64,000 nt of DNA from Phyllosticta citribraziliensis (taxonomy: Eukaryota), in assembly GCF_038025025.1 (NCBI RefSeq), contig NW_027117342.1:1488001-1552000 (forward strand), written 5' to 3'. The translations under genes and the position numbers were made by a program. A model generated the notes under the pieces. It made no database searches. It saw only the letters and a list, made by a program, of their open reading frames with translations, and had not been told where the DNA came from. This document shows, piece by piece, positions 21,674 through 35,329 of the stretch. Each line of letters starts with the position of its first letter. Within the stretch, counting starts at the first letter, position 1.

Positions 21674-22946
21674 GTCGACGGCGTCTTGTCAACGTAAATT
21701 TTGGCGGGAGACTAGAATTTTTGATCGACGTATCCCTGAGACGGCTGTCAACCGACGGCAAGCAAGTCAATGCGCCGCCTCGAAAGAGGTTAAAGACAGA
21801 TGTCCGGGTGTTGGTTCGTGGCCGTCAGGACGCCGGCGCTACCTGGATGCAGATGGATCGTAGCTCTGCTCCCACACCACCACGTCCAGACGAAAGGAGC
21901 CAGAACTGGCACTGCGGATGACCGTCGAGGCTCGCAGCAGTTGGCGATGACGAGCGGAGGGGGTTGCGGCGGCGGACTCTCTGGTTAGATGGTCCAGGCA
22001 GGCGATCGGCGAGGAAGCGAGGAATGGAGAGTCCCGCTGAGCGAAGAAAATGGGGCTTCAGCGACAGATCAGCATTTCTGCAACCAAGGGCAGCGGAATG
22101 GAGCAGTATCAGGCCAGCAGGCAAAAGGAATTGGGCGGTGATGAGAAAGGAAGAGAGAGACGAGAGGTGTGGAGGTGCAAAGGATGGTGAGAGGAATCGA
22201 TGGGAGGGTTTCGACGGCGCGGCTGGGAGCACCCTGCATGCGGCCGACCAGGGCTGTGAAATGCACAAGGACCAGCGTCGTGCACCGCCTGAGCCGGGGC
22301 CATGCAAGGCGCGGAAAACAGACGCAAGAGCGAGAGAGAAAAATAAAAAATAAAATAAAAAAATAATACGAGTCGACGCACCAGAAAAGAAACGCGCGAA
22401 TCCCAGGCGGGCGGAGTGACAGACGGGCCAGTCGCGGGTTTCGAGGCCGAGGAACGTGTTTTGTTTTGGAATCGGCGTCAGAGATGGGACATGGCAGCAG
22501 AGAGGCAGGTGAAAATTTGCGGCGGCAGCACAGCAGCAGCGGCAGGCAGGCAGGCAGGATGAGCACCTCAGCGACGGGGGTGGCAGTCTTAAGGTGACTG
22601 GGCCAGTGACGAGACAGGAGAGGGGTGGATCGAAGAGAGCGGCTGCGGCGATAGCGCGTTGCAAAGTGGTGAGGTCGACCCGGGACTGCGGATATACTGG
22701 TTGCTGGCTGGCGATGTGGGGCGAGGAGCGGGGGAGTACGGACAGGTGGTGCGGTAGTGCGAATGGGGCAGGAGCCAAACGAGAGTTGTGGTAAGAGAGG
22801 GAGCAGGAGGAGAAGTGAATGAACGTACAGTAGAGGCGACGGGAGGCGGGAAGGGAAACCAAGGGACGGGGAGAAGACGAGCACGAGGTGGTGATTGTGA
22901 TTGGGCGGGGAGCAGACAGACTGGAATTGGTTTGGTGGTGCTGGTT

Positions 22947-22996
22947 GCTGCGCTGCGCTGCGCTGCGCTGCGCTGCGCTGCGCTGCGCTGCGCTGC
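22947..22996. repeat. (GCTGC)10 pentanucleotide microsatellite upstream of the WSC gene
   Basis: Ten perfect units read directly. A (CCCTG)4 tract follows near 23089-23109. Confidence 0.95.
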
Positions 22997-24325
22997 GGCT
23001 GGGTGAGGTGCCGATCAACACGCAAGCCGATCTGGCCGTGGGTCGAGGTCGAGGGTGGTCGACAGGAATGCTACTCCAATGCAATCGTGCCCTGCCCTGC
23101 CCTGCCCTGGTTGCGGCCAGAGAGCGGCCCTTCACATGTCCATCCAAGATACAAACCTAACGTCGATGCTGCTCTGGTAGGTAGGTACTGTAGGTCTTCA
23201 GCACGCTGACGCCACACTCGCCGTCTGAAAACGGGAACACTGGTCCCAGGGAGCCCCTACTCTGTCAGCGGCTCAACCGTGACCAGGAAGAAGCGAATAT
23301 TCCAGCGCCTTCACACCTGACAACGGCTTGGCTTGCATCTCATGTGTTGCTAAAAATGTGCCTGCGCGAGTAGTGACCCCGGTCTGCCAGTCGCCGTGTC
23401 TCACTCGCTCGTCTGTGAACATTCGCTCTCGCTCCTCTGACTTTTTCCAAATGTTGATCGTCAGGAGAGGCCTCCGCTGACGTCGCCATGACTCTCGACT
23501 CTGTTCCGTTCCTCTATCCATCCTCTTGTCCGTCCGGCCCTCGCTCTACACTGTACTCGATCCCGCTGTGGCGCCCGTCGCCAACCGCACCCCATATCCC
23601 AGTGCTGCTGAGCTGTGGCTGTTGTCCAGTGGCTGTTTCATGCCCTCATTTCCCAATTCGTAGCCACCCATGCATGGTTATGTTGTGGTGGTGGCCTTGA
23701 TTCCGTTCCGTGCCGCAACCCAAGTCATGAAGGTGCAACTCCAACGTCTTTGATTCGAGCGCGCCACCTTGTCCGCAAGGCCGCCCTCCACCGGCCACGC
23801 GCCGCTCCTGTACCCCCGCCCTCTGCCACCAACCTAACTTGGCACTTGACTCCATACGACTCGGCCCTCGCTCACTGTCGGCTCTGCAGAACCTCCAACG
23901 CCGCTGTCCGTTCGTGTCTCGCGTGGCCAGAGAAAAAACAATCAAAGCAGCTCCTTGGCCGTTGCCATCGGCCTCAGCCACATGTTGCGTTTCAAGCCCC
24001 GTTCCAACCTCCAACAGCCCTACAGGCAGGAACATGGTCACTCCTGGCCGCGTCTTCTTTGCATACACACACACGTTTTAGCCCATCTGACTCGATCAAT
24101 CCACCCTTTTTATACAGCCAACGCATCCACGGCACAGCGTACCTCGGTATGCACTACCGTACTTACTCTCTCGACCATCAATCAATCCATGTGCTCGTGA
24201 CAGGCACGGCAACCTACCTACTCTATGGAGCACTTTGATGTGAGGAGATCATGCCAGTGCTCAGATCCAAACGCCGCAAATCGCAAATCCAAACAATTGA
24301 TGATTTACAGATCGCTTCGGGCCAA

Positions 24326-25458
24326 TCACAATTTGGCCTTCTTCCCGCCCTTGACTCCCTTGATCTCGTCGTTGTTCAGCAGGAAATCCGGGTACGTGAA
24401 TTCTGCTCCCGGCCCGGTGCTGGGCACATGCCACGCGCCACCGTCGACGACCAGAATCTCGCCGTTGACGTAGTTGCCTGCGTCGCTGAACAAGTACACG
24501 GTTGCATCCGCAATCTCCTTGACCGTGCCCCACCGGCCCGAGGGCAGCCCTCGACCAGCCGCCGACGGGTCAGCGTTGTTGGCCATGGTAGAGAGACGTT
24601 CCATTCCCTCCGTGCCGCGGATCGGTCCCGGGGCGATGACATTGGACGTGATGCCCCTTGGCCCCTGCTCAATGCACACCGAGTGCGCCAGTTGATCAAC
24701 CCCGGCTTTGGCGACCATGACGTGCGTCTGCAAAGGCATGCCCGTGTAGTGGATCGTGGCCGATACAAAGATGATGCGCCCACCGGTGCCTCGAAGGGGT
24801 GCTACAATCAACAGGGTCAGTCCTCGGCAATTCCGAAAGGGGTCGATGTGGTTGCGCACGATTGATTCCATCCGTCTTGTGTTTGGCGGCGGATTCGACT
24901 AGGTAAGGCAACGTTGCCTTGACCGTGTTGTACGAGCCGAGCACATCAATGTCCATGACTGCCTTGAAAGCGTTGGTGGACAGGTTGTTCATGGACGACA
25001 AGAAGTTGCCAGCCGCTCCGGCACTGCATAGGGTTGGTGATCAGCAAACGCTGGCTGTACAGATGACGGCGTCCGTGGTTAACACACATGACAAAGTCAA
25101 TCGACCCAAGCTCTTTTGCACATCTATCCGCTGCATCTTGCAGGCTCTCCGGGCTCCTCACGTCCACATTTCCAAATCCCAGCACCCGTGCACCAGGCCG
25201 CGCAGTGGCAATGTCAGCTGCGACGCGCTCCGTCTTCTCGACCTGGCGACCGATGATGCATGCATCTGCGCCGAGGTGGACGAGGGCGCGGACTTGAGCG
25301 CTGCATATCGTGCCAGCGCCTCCGGTGCAAAAGACGACCTTGTTTGCTGGGTGCGAGGTTTAGGTAAGCTTTTGGACAGCGCGAAGCTTGCGGGATGGCG
25401 TACCGAAGATGCCGTCTCTCCAGACATCGCTCACGTATTCAGGCTTGGGCAGAGGCAT
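24326..25458 (-). CDS. SPS19: Peroxisomal 2,4-dienoyl-CoA reductase (SDR family, 4 exons)
   Basis: MPLPKPEYVSDVWRDGIF|...VVFCTGGAGTICSAQVRALV, GAAGNFL, DIDVLGSYNTVKAT, SNVIAPGPIRGTEGMERL, YVNGEILVVDGG. Ends in the PTS1 signal AKL*. Confidence 0.92.
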
Positions 25459-25987
25459 GTCGGCGATTTGCTTGCTCAAGGGAAAAAGATGGGGGCGGAG
25501 CAGAAGGGGGAATGCTGTGGAGAAGGCCTTAACAACGAGCTCGGGTACGGCGACGTCTATCTGCGGAGATGGGGGTGTAAGGCTGAGGTGCTCGAGCTCT
25601 GGCCAAGCCGAGGCATCTAGCTGCGATTACTACAAGCGCGACGGGATAGGTTCTGCACGCCGCGGGAGCTTGGGAAAAAGTTGCTGAGGACGCTGAAGAG
25701 TATGCCATGCAGTCGGATGCGTCTGCAGGCGATTTGGCAGCTGCCTGCTCGTCCTGAACAGTCGAAAGACCCCACGTCAGAGGCCCAAGGTTCTGCTTGG
25801 CGCTTGCAGGAGTGCGGGCCAGCCTCAGCCAGCGACTCTAGATCTCCCACATCACCTCACCTCCAGTCAACTTCCAGCTGCCTCCACCACCTCGCCAGTC
25901 CAGCTCATCCTCTGCCCCCATCGCAACCCCGCCTGGTCCGATCCAACCTTGACCCTCCGTCAACCGGCTTGACTCTCTCCATCCGCA

Positions 25988-26575
25988 ATGGCACCCACCG
26001 TCGCCATCTGCAAGTTCGTCGGCACAATAAGCCTCGGTCTCCTCACCGTGCGTCATTGCCTCCCCGCCATCAACCCCCATTCGCAATCCAGATCTAGCTG
26101 CTAACCATCATTCAAGGGCGTCTCGTACACCCTGAGTAGCACGGCGCTGCCGGCTCTCCTCGAGCTCCCCACCGCGGCGCACGCCTACACAACGTTCCTG
26201 ACGCTCCAATCCACCGCCAAGCACCATGTGCGCGCGCTGACGGCGACGGCCGTGACATCGCTGTCCCTTGCCTTCATCCTGTCGCCCGCCCGCTCGCGCC
26301 ATCCTTACCTGCTCTGGACGTCGCTGGTGGCGGCGGCCGGAGGCGCCGTCGACTACGCGCTCAAACGCCAGGAGGACGCCTTGCGCGAGAGCGCCGGCGA
26401 GGCCAACGGCAACGGCGAGCGCAGCTGGGTCGACGTCGAGCGCGGCGAGGACTTCAACGGCGAGACGGTCCGCGCTGGCGTTGACAAGTTCCGCATTGCC
26501 GAGGGTGCCAGGGCTGTCATCAGCGGCCTGGCTTTCACACTCGGTGTCGTCGGCATCTGGGGCGATGGTGCTTGA
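25988..26575 (+). CDS. ATG33: Atg33-like mitochondrial outer-membrane protein (intron 26048-26116)
   Basis: MAPTVAICKFVGTISLGLLT|GVSY...SPARSRHPYLLW...NGETVR...VVGIWGDGA*: the hallmark GTISLGLL, RHPYL and G(I)WGD motifs. Confidence 0.75.
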
Positions 26576-29500
26576 TTGGATCACGCACCAATCATGGCGA
26601 ATAATACAATGATAAAAGCGACGAAAGACCTTGGATGGCCCGGGAACACGGCTTCGGGGCATCCATGACAAGAAGAACCGCATGAAGAGGAGTGAGGGAC
26701 AGGCGTTGGGTGGTTTCTGATGTACTTATTTTCTTTCTCCCTGTCTCCCCTTCTCGGTTGCTTTGAGTGTTTTTGTCTCTGACCTCGATACATCTCTCTA
26801 AACTCTTCACACACTCTCTCAGCTCCTGCTCGAGGCGACATGTCAAAGAGTTGCTAACTGGACCCAATCACTATGTATGTGAGCTAGCAACGCCGGCTAG
26901 GGGCGCTCCCTTTATCGGAAATATCTAGACTCTGGCATCTGATCTTGACGCATGCAAGCATGTGGTCTTCGGTACTGTGCAACACGGGGTCTGCGAACGC
27001 AAGCCTCCATTTCGGCCCTTGACCACAAACTTCACGCACAACCGAACCGTTCTTCAGATAAGAAAGCTGCAGCCGCAAGCTCTCACCATCTCCCCCTCTC
27101 GTACCGCCGCACTCGTCCTCCCCGTTGGTCAGCGGTGAACAGGAGAGACGAGAGCCAATGGCCAGCGGCCAACGCTCCTCGCATTCCTCGCCGACAAACG
27201 GACCAATCACGCCTACACCGGCGACACTCGCGCCCTGCGTCTCCCCATCTCCCTCGACTTGCCGTCCCACCATGTAGACTACATGCGTCGCAACGGCGAA
27301 GACGTTGCGGTGCGGTGCCACCCACTCACACACCCTCAGCCTCCTCCCTTTGCACCCCCTGCCAAGCCGTTTGCTCGCCACATTGATATTGAAACGCTCG
27401 TTGCTGCCTGGTACAACCGTCCTCCATGATCAAGAGTGTAACATGCATGTCTGCCATGTCATTTTCTTTTCCAGTATCAATCTTATCTCCCTCGTAACCT
27501 GTGGTTGTTTCCGATCTGGGGAGCCTCATTTCTTTCCACACTCACTAAGCTGCTGCTTCTGCTGCTGCTTCGCTGTTTCTGCATTTGTGGACTGGACACA
27601 TTCGCGCGGGTGATGTAGGTGTATGGATACAGGACGGGGAGGGTAGGAGAACAGATTCACAAGGGGAAGTCGGTGGTGATAGAACGAGGATGAGACAGCA
27701 AGCAACCGACAACGTCATCACAAGGCGACTTTCATGTATAATTGAGGTGGAGACATCACTGTAGGCGTGATAGAGGGTGATACATGCGGTTCAAAAGTGC
27801 TTGACACTCACTGATGCTTTGAAATGAGTGTCTGCGGGGCAAGATCGTATGACTGAAGTGCCGATTTGCGTTTAAAAGACCGCAAGCGTCATCATGAATA
27901 GAAAGTCGAACACGACCCTAAGACTTTCCTTCTTGTATGGTAGGTGTCGGGTCACAATCAATACATCCCCTGGGATGAAGAGCGAGTCGAGCCACCTTGG
28001 AAAACGAAGAAGCGAAATAGAATATGAGCTGGCGCGAACACAATTTGGCAGCCACTGGCACAGCTCTCGAGTCACGCATGTCAAGACACAAACCATTGCC
28101 AAAAGAACGCTCGCCATATCGGCCGACCTCCCTGCGCATCTGGCTCAAGGACTATTCGGCAGCGCCAACGCTGGCGACCATCCCGTGGCCCCCCACTGCG
28201 CTAATGAATGCGTATTAATCCAGGACGCGCCCAAGCCATGGCCCGCTGGGCGTCAGGGTGGTGATATTCAACGTGGCGGGCGAGTTTCTGGACGCTGAAG
28301 GCGCGCAGACGCGCACGCACGACTTTTGGGATGATGGAGTGAAGCAGAGTCCGTGGCATGGGCTGATGGGCCGCTGAGGAGTGTCAATCGGGTCCGAAGA
28401 GAGATCTTTGGGGAGAGCTTGAAAATGCGATCAGAGTTCAACATGAGAGAGCCGAGGAGAGTTGGTAGTATTGATGACGTCCCTTAACTAGGCTCTCATG
28501 CTATATTTCTGTGGCAAATAGAGATTTTACCAACTCATATTCAGGCTTGGTCTTCCTTAGAGTGCCCCTGACCATTTGCCCCTCTTCTTACATCACTTCA
28601 AACTTTCTCTTATTTTCTTTGAGAGCCTATACATTTGGCGGAGCAACTGAAATTTTTTCCAGCGCTCACGAACTGAGTGGGCGATGCCTCTGACATCGCG
28701 TTTCCCAGTAGACTGTTCACGGTGAGCGGGCGGACGATGACTGTGTTCAGGCGAACTTGCGGGAGTAACCTATTGAAAAATGTCAGATTCTACGCAAGCA
28801 ATATATTCGGCGCAGTATCCGAACCTCTGTGCCGTAAGCTCTACGCAGGCACCATGCGGCAGATCCTAACAGGCAGGCGTAGCTGATGACAGCCAATCTT
28901 GAACGCCATATAGTCAATGTGCTCGAGGTCCTCGATCCGGCCACATCTGAGCTTGAATCCTTTGACACAAGATTTGGCTTTTGTCGCTTCTCGAGCTGGC
29001 TAACAAGGGTCGGCGAGACATGCTTCAGCTTTCGAGCTGCTTTCTGAGCAGCACAAATACGCCGCGAGGAAATGGAGAATTTGGACCGACGGAATCCGAG
29101 CATTTTGGAAGAATAGACGGGGGACTAAGCCTTGAGCCGCCCACAGGCAAAAGAGATGCGTCAAGTAATCACTTGACTGGCGCAGGCAAAGTTCTTCAAG
29201 CCTTTGAGGCCTTAAGAGCCGGTTGTGTCACAGCTGCCGTGCAACACGTCTGCGGACCATTCCTTGCGTTAGGTTTGAGTAGACACTGCTACAACCGGGG
29301 AATGCACCTCGACTGAAAGAGATCATGACGCAGAATTTGATCGTTCGCAAATGCTTAGACCATCGGAGGCAGTCGACGATGCTTTATCGGTTACTCCAAT
29401 CGTTGATTTCCTGTGGTTTGCGTTGAGATCAGAGGAGACGAGAGTGATGACCGCCAAGATCTGGCGCCATGGTTGTGTAGCTGCAGAAGTGAATGATAGC

Positions 29501-29966
29501 TCATAAGCGCATCTGTGACGATGAATGACTGCTCCCTGGGCTCAGCTACGGTAGTGAACGAACGCTCCCTGTGAGTGCGAGGAAGTCTCATTTCTTTCGA
29601 TGCCCTCTGTGGTGCGGAATGGCAATATCGAAACCTATGATCAATGGACAAAGAATTGAGTCTCAGTTTTGGTGCGGAGACGCCGAGATCGTAGTAATGA
29701 CAAGCATTGGCATCAGTCAAGTTGAAAGCCCACCGCACGACAGGTAAGGAAGGTATGACGCAATAGGAGGTTTTTAATGGCGGCCGGGGGCGGTGGATGC
29801 GGCGGGAGGATCACGTGAGCAGCCTTGGACATCGAATTCCATTGAGTCACGTCGTCGACGCGCCGCTCACTGCAACCAACTCCTTCACAATCTTCCACCG
29901 CATCTTGAGTGCCCCACCGCCCCTCCCCACCATTACCTGCGCATGGTGATCTGAACTTGTCGCACA

Positions 29967-31244
29967 ATGCCTATCCCCCAAATCCCGGGCGTGAAAGCCC
30001 CCAAGGAATTGGCGGATGGGTTCCGTCGCGAAGTCGCGCAACTTCTCGGCCGCAAGTCGCTATCCTTTCCTGGCGCCCAGCCAGTCTCGTTTGCGCGCAA
30101 GCACCTGGGCGAACTCATGAACCGCGACTATTACTTGTGCGAGAAGACGGACGGCATCCGATGCCTGCTCTACTTTACGAGCGACGGACCCCAAGAAATC
30201 CACTACCTTATCGACCGCAAAAACGACTACTACTACGTCCCCGAACTCCACTTTCCGGTCCCCAATGACCAGACCTTTCAATTATTCCACAGAGATACAA
30301 TCATTGATGGGGAGCTGGTATACGACATGGAAAAAAGTGGGCCAAAGCTGCGCTTCCTCGTGTTTGACTGCTTGGTGCTTGATGGCGAGAGTCGCTTGGA
30401 GAAGACGCTGGACAAGCGTCTGGCTTATTTTAGGGAAGGAGTCTACAAGCCGTGGGAGAAGCTGTTCAAGCAGAAGCACCCCGAAGAGCTCGAGTTCCAG
30501 CCTTTCGAGATCGAGTTCAAGGACATGTCGTTTCCCTACGCGCTATCGCACATGTTCGACGTCAAGCTCCCCTCGCTCAAGCACGGCAGCGACGGTCTCA
30601 TCTTTACCTGTCGCGAGACTCCCTACGTGTTTGGTACCGACGAACACATCCTCAAGTGGAAGCCCGCGCATGAAAACACCGTCGACTTTCGCCTCAAGCT
30701 GGGCGAGTTCCCCTCTCACCACACCAACGGTACGGGCTCGGCCGCCGGCGCGCACGATCCCGACTACGATGCCAAGCCGACCTTCGAGCTGTACGTCTTT
30801 TACGGAAATGGCGAGTACCGCCCGTTTGCGCCGCTCTTTGTCACAGACGAAGATTGGGAAATCATGAAGGCGGTGGACCAACAGCTCGACGGCCGCGTCA
30901 TTGAATGCTACAAGGACATCGAAGGACGCTGGCGCTTCAAGCGCACCGATGATGACAAGCCCCATTTCCGCGACGACAAGCCGGAAGCGAATCATATCTC
31001 AACAGTCGACAAGGTTTTGGAAAGCATCGACGATGCTGTTTCGAAAGAGGACTTGACCCGGAACGAGATGCGCATTAGGGACGCGTTCAAGAAGCGCGAG
31101 GCAGACCGCAGAGCTCGCGATGAGCAAATGCGCAAGGCGCATGAAAAGCGCAAGTGGGAAGATGAGCAGAGAAGAAAGCGAGAGCTGGAAGTCGACGGAG
31201 CGACGAATGGTGAGCCCGCCGACAAGCGACGCAAAGCTGAATAG
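29967..31244 (+). CDS. CEG1: mRNA capping enzyme guanylyltransferase (intronless, 425 aa)
   Basis: FPGAQPVSF, motif I CEKTDG, IDGELV, DGLIF, ILKWKPAHENTVDF, FRDDKPEANH. Confidence 0.97.
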   Translation: MPIPQIPGVKAPKELADGFRREVAQLLGRKSLSFPGAQPVSFARKHLGELMNRDYYLCEKTDGIRCLLYFTSDGPQEIHYLIDRKNDYYYVPELHFPVPNDQTFQLFHRDTIIDGELVYDMEKSGPKLRFLVFDCLVLDGESRLEKTLDKRLAYFREGVYKPWEKLFKQKHPEELEFQPFEIEFKDMSFPYALSHMFDVKLPSLKHGSDGLIFTCRETPYVFGTDEHILKWKPAHENTVDFRLKLGEFPSHHTNGTGSAAGAHDPDYDAKPTFELYVFYGNGEYRPFAPLFVTDEDWEIMKAVDQQLDGRVIECYKDIEGRWRFKRTDDDKPHFRDDKPEANHISTVDKVLESIDDAVSKEDLTRNEMRIRDAFKKREADRRARDEQMRKAHEKRKWEDEQRRKRELEVDGATNGEPADKRRKAE

Positions 31245-31729
31245 TCTTGGCTGCGCCAGACTGGTCAGGGGAAGTCTCCAAAGTCGGGTGTCTTCTGCGA
31301 GCATCGCCGGGTCTAAAAGGGACCATTGGGCAAAAAGGATGTGGCCCAGACGGCGCAATGGCGTTTCAAAATTCGATTGATACCCCCGTTTTCTGCAATG
31401 GGAGTCCAGGCTGCATTTGTTTTCCTCGGCGAAGGCGTTTTTGATCGTCATCTCTGCTTTTTATTCTCATTCTAAGTCTACTTGCATAGACAAAAGGCCG
31501 CCATTTCGAAGAACAAAAGTTTTGTGCGGCCGCCTGAGGCCTGACCACTTTTTTCCAGGGGGCACCGCGTCCTGCCGGTATGGGTATATGATAATCAAGG
31601 CATTCTTTCTCATGACTTTAAACCGATTCTTGCGAATGAGTGACCCAAAATCCACCCTAAACTGCGCCTGTACGCTTGGTCGATTGATTAGTAGATGCGT
31701 TGTTGAAGTCGGCCAGGCCCCCGGCCCAT

Positions 31730-32709
31730 TCACCCAAGCTTGTCCAGCAGCTTGCGGCGCCTCCTGTCGACGAGTTCATCCTGAACCTCTTCAAGCGTCG
31801 GCACAGCCCAGCCGACACCGTCGCCCGAATCCCCCGGCAACTCCTGCCACTCGTCGGCGCCGTTGGCCCCTCGCCGGCCATTCGCCGCCGCAGCCTCGAT
31901 GCCGTCAAGATCGTCTGGCAGCTCCATGTAACGACCGAAGGCCTCCTCCTCCCTTTGCTTCTCGTATGCCAGCAGCGAGCCGTCCTCCTCGTCCAGGTTG
32001 TAGCCGTAGTACGACGCGTCGACGTGCTTGCGCAGCTCGGCCCGCGTCTGCGCACCCTCCTTGTCGTGCTGTTGTGGCGGCGCGCGGGCGGCTTCGAACA
32101 GCTCCTTGACGCCGGGCAGTTCGCGTGCTCGTCCAAAATACCTGTGGCGCAACCGGCATCAGCCAACGCTCGCCAAACCCCCCTGCACATGGCCATGAAG
32201 CGGAGGAGCCTCGACGTACCTATATCCCTTGCCGCCACCGGGAATCTCCTTGCCATCCTCATCCACAACACGCCCGCCCCGCATGTAATTGGGGCCGCCT
32301 AAATTCCGTATCTGCACCTCCCACATGTGCTTCTCGCGCATCAGCTTGTTGATTTCGTCGTTGAGGTCGCGGATCTGGTAGTCGCTGAGGCTCTCGTCCT
32401 GGATCTTGGACACCTTGCGCGATATCTCCTTGAGCACCTGCCCGCGCCACTTTTCGCACGTCGGGATGCTGTCGATCGACGTGATGAGCTTCGGCCGCCG
32501 CGTCCGCGACACGTCGAGGATTCCTAGGTCCGCGGCTTGCGCTGCCCGGAACCGGAACAGCATTGATTGCGCTTTTTCGCTGTTGCGTGCCTGTGCGAAG
32601 GGACATGATTGTCAGTTTCGTTGCTTTGTAGGAGGAGCCGCTGGCATGGGTTGTTTCCGCGGGGAGAGGCGTGTTTGCGGCGTGGGAGGTGCGCGTGTTG
32701 ACGTACCAT
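31730..32709 (-). CDS. ISY1: Pre-mRNA splicing factor Isy1 (3 exons, first exon is ATG only)
   Basis: M|ARNSEKAQSMLFRFR...CEKWRGQVLKEISRKVSKIQD...QIRDLNDEINKLMREK...LGGPNY...GYR|YFGRARELPGVKELF. Confidence 0.96.
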
Positions 32710-33193
32710 GATTGCGAGCTGGGTCCGGTGGGTTTTTGATTATTGATTGAGAGGTTTTCCGTATGATGGTGAATAGGCAAGCGAGCGAGGAGGAGTAAAG
32801 TCGTCGTGTAGGTAGTGGGGTCGCGGCGTGGTGGAAGTTGGGTTTTGGAAGAGGTGACGAGATCTGGTTGATGCAAAGCGAGGGACAAGCAAGCTCCTCC
32901 GCGCGAAACGAAAAACGGACCGGGATGGGTCCACGCACGCAGCCCTACGTAGCTCTCCCCACCAATGACTCGGCCTGCCAAGCTAAATGTACAGGCCCCT
33001 CAACCATATTTGGTACTATGCGGGGTGCATCTCCAGATGGGCCGTTGGACAGGGCCTTCGGACTACCTAAACCGACGCCGGCGATAATCGGTCCCATATC
33101 AAGCGGCGCATGCAGGTCCTCACTTTTGAGCGGATGTTTATTGAAACGCTATCAGAACATGTACAAAGAATGAGTCCCTTAACCAACTTCTTT

Positions 33194-34803
33194 TTAGTCG
33201 ACGCCTGCGTATAGATCCACCACGATATTAACAGCTGCCACCAAAATCTCGGCTGCAATCAGGACGATCACAACCCACTCCAACAGTTCCGAATGGGTCA
33301 CTGTCAATTGGTCCTTGAGGACGGCCAGCAGATCAGCAATGACGTCCAGACGTTCCGTCAACAGTCCGACACGCTGATCCATCTCGAGATACTGGCGCAC
33401 CGCCTGGTAGACGGGTTCGAGTTGAGGCTCAGCCCACATGAGCTCAGGAGAATCCAGCACAGAGCCCTGCAGGTGGATGTTGATGCGAAGAATGAAGAGC
33501 TCGCCTATTTGCATGTTGATCTGGCGTCGGGAGAGGTTGACTTTGCCAGTCGAGGCAATCATGGCAGGGATTTCTTTGGTCGTTTCGATGGTGTTGTCCA
33601 CCAAGTCTTCGTAGAGCGAAGTCTGCAGAATCATCAGCATAAAACGTATCGGAAGAAGCAAATGAAGCCCACCTTGACGCTTTGAGCCAGGGCATGGCTG
33701 ATGGCTAGCTTTGTCATGTAGTTCTTCTTGTCGCGCAGACTGATAAAGTCGTTGTAGATGCGGGCCTGGTACTCGCGGGTGTAGTAGAAGTTGAAGTCCT
33801 CGGTTTGTATATCGTCCTTGCCCAGCTTCTCATTTTCGAATCTTGCTATTTCTCTGAGGAACCGGTGCTCTTGCGGAAGAGTCATCCCCCAAATTACGAC
33901 AGTGCCATAATTGAACAGGAAAACTTCGGGCGTGTGGACCTCAGTGTCAAAGTCGACCGACTCACGACGCGAGCTTTGAATGGAGACTTCGGAAATGGCC
34001 TCGTCTGCATTATCTGCGCCGGTCTTAGTAGTGTCCAGCGAGACATCTCCGGCCTGCGTGTGGAGGTCTATCAAGTCGCCTCTTCTTTGCTCGGCGTGCT
34101 CTTCTGCTACCGCAGAATCCGAATGTCTTCGGCCCGTGACGCGAGAGGGACTTTCCGAACGCTCGACGTTGTTCTCGGCTTGCCCGTCCAATGCCACATT
34201 GCCCTTGCCAGCCCGGTAATTGTAAGGCGTGTATATGCACTCGTCGAAAAGCTTCGGGAGGGTGGCCCGTGTCTTGGCCCTGCCCTTCAGAAAGCGCATG
34301 AGCTCGTCCATGCGGTATGAGCCGGCAGTGCAATACGCTGTAACTCGGGGCAGCCGGTCCCTGTCTTCCTTTCCCAACCTCGCCGCGTCCCGTCTCGCAT
34401 TTGGGTCCTTTATCCGTGTGTACTGCGCGTAGACATCTTTGCCGCCCTCTTCATCCAGCTCCTCCACAGCTTGTTCGGGATTGGGCAAAAGCTTGAGCTT
34501 TTGCACATTTCTGGTCGTCCTCTGAGGTCCTATCTTTGCCTGGGGAATATTTGGGGGCACGAGAGGAGCCCCTTGGCTGTTGCGGCGGCGGAGTTTGCTG
34601 TTCAATGCCGACAGCATGGGCTGACCAGTATTTTGCTTCTGGCCGATGGGAGCGATGGGGAATTGCTGCGAGGGACGGAGAGCATTGGAAGGACTGGTAG
34701 TGGAAACATTGGGGTTGAATGTTACAGTTCGCTGGGGTTTGGCGGCCGGAGACTTGGAACCCAACAGCGGAGCGGACTCGGCGGCGTTGCCAGAGGAGGC
34801 CAT
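33194..34803 (-). CDS. RMD1: DUF155 sporulation protein Rmd1 (intron ~33673-33624)
   Basis: PQRTTRNVQKLKLLP, RVTAYCTAGSY, EVFLFNYGTVVIWG, KLAISHALAQSVK, GELFILRININ-like GELFILRINIH, LEWVVIVLIAAEI. Confidence 0.9.
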
Positions 34804-35329
34804 GGGGACAACGTTAGGGCCGAGACGGCTACCTAGGGCAAACGGGGAGAGATCCTGGGGTCGAAGTGGTTGTTGCAAAGTGCAACATGGTGGTGGGAAG
34901 TGGAGTGGACGTTTTGGTGAAAGAAGCTTCGACCTCGGTGGACGGACGGCCTGGCAGCTGTCATGGATGACGTTGGTTGGTCCGCACGGCCATCGCAAAC
35001 CACCACCATCCGACTCATCGCATCCACCCCACTGCTCTACTCGTACCTACAGTACACCACCGCCCATCCATTGGCCCATCTCGAGTAAGTCAAACTCTCC
35101 AGGCGGCCACCTTCTTCCTTTGCGACTCTGCGCAATCGCATTTCGATCCCTCGCTGCCATTAGTGCGTACGTTGGTCATTTTTGCTCCGCATTCCGGCTT
35201 GCGCTATTCCTGTATCGCCATCGCGCCCTCTGCTTCCCCAGAATTTTTTCGCAGACCGCTGTGGAGAAATTCCCATTGCTGACCGCTCAATCACAGCCCT
35301 CGTCGCTCTTGTCCCAACTATCGGCCACC

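Noticed and set aside
21825..23147. 440-aa and 318-aa minus-strand ORFs
   Set aside because: Low-complexity translations of a pyrimidine-rich region and the (GCTGC)n repeat; no protein-like motifs.
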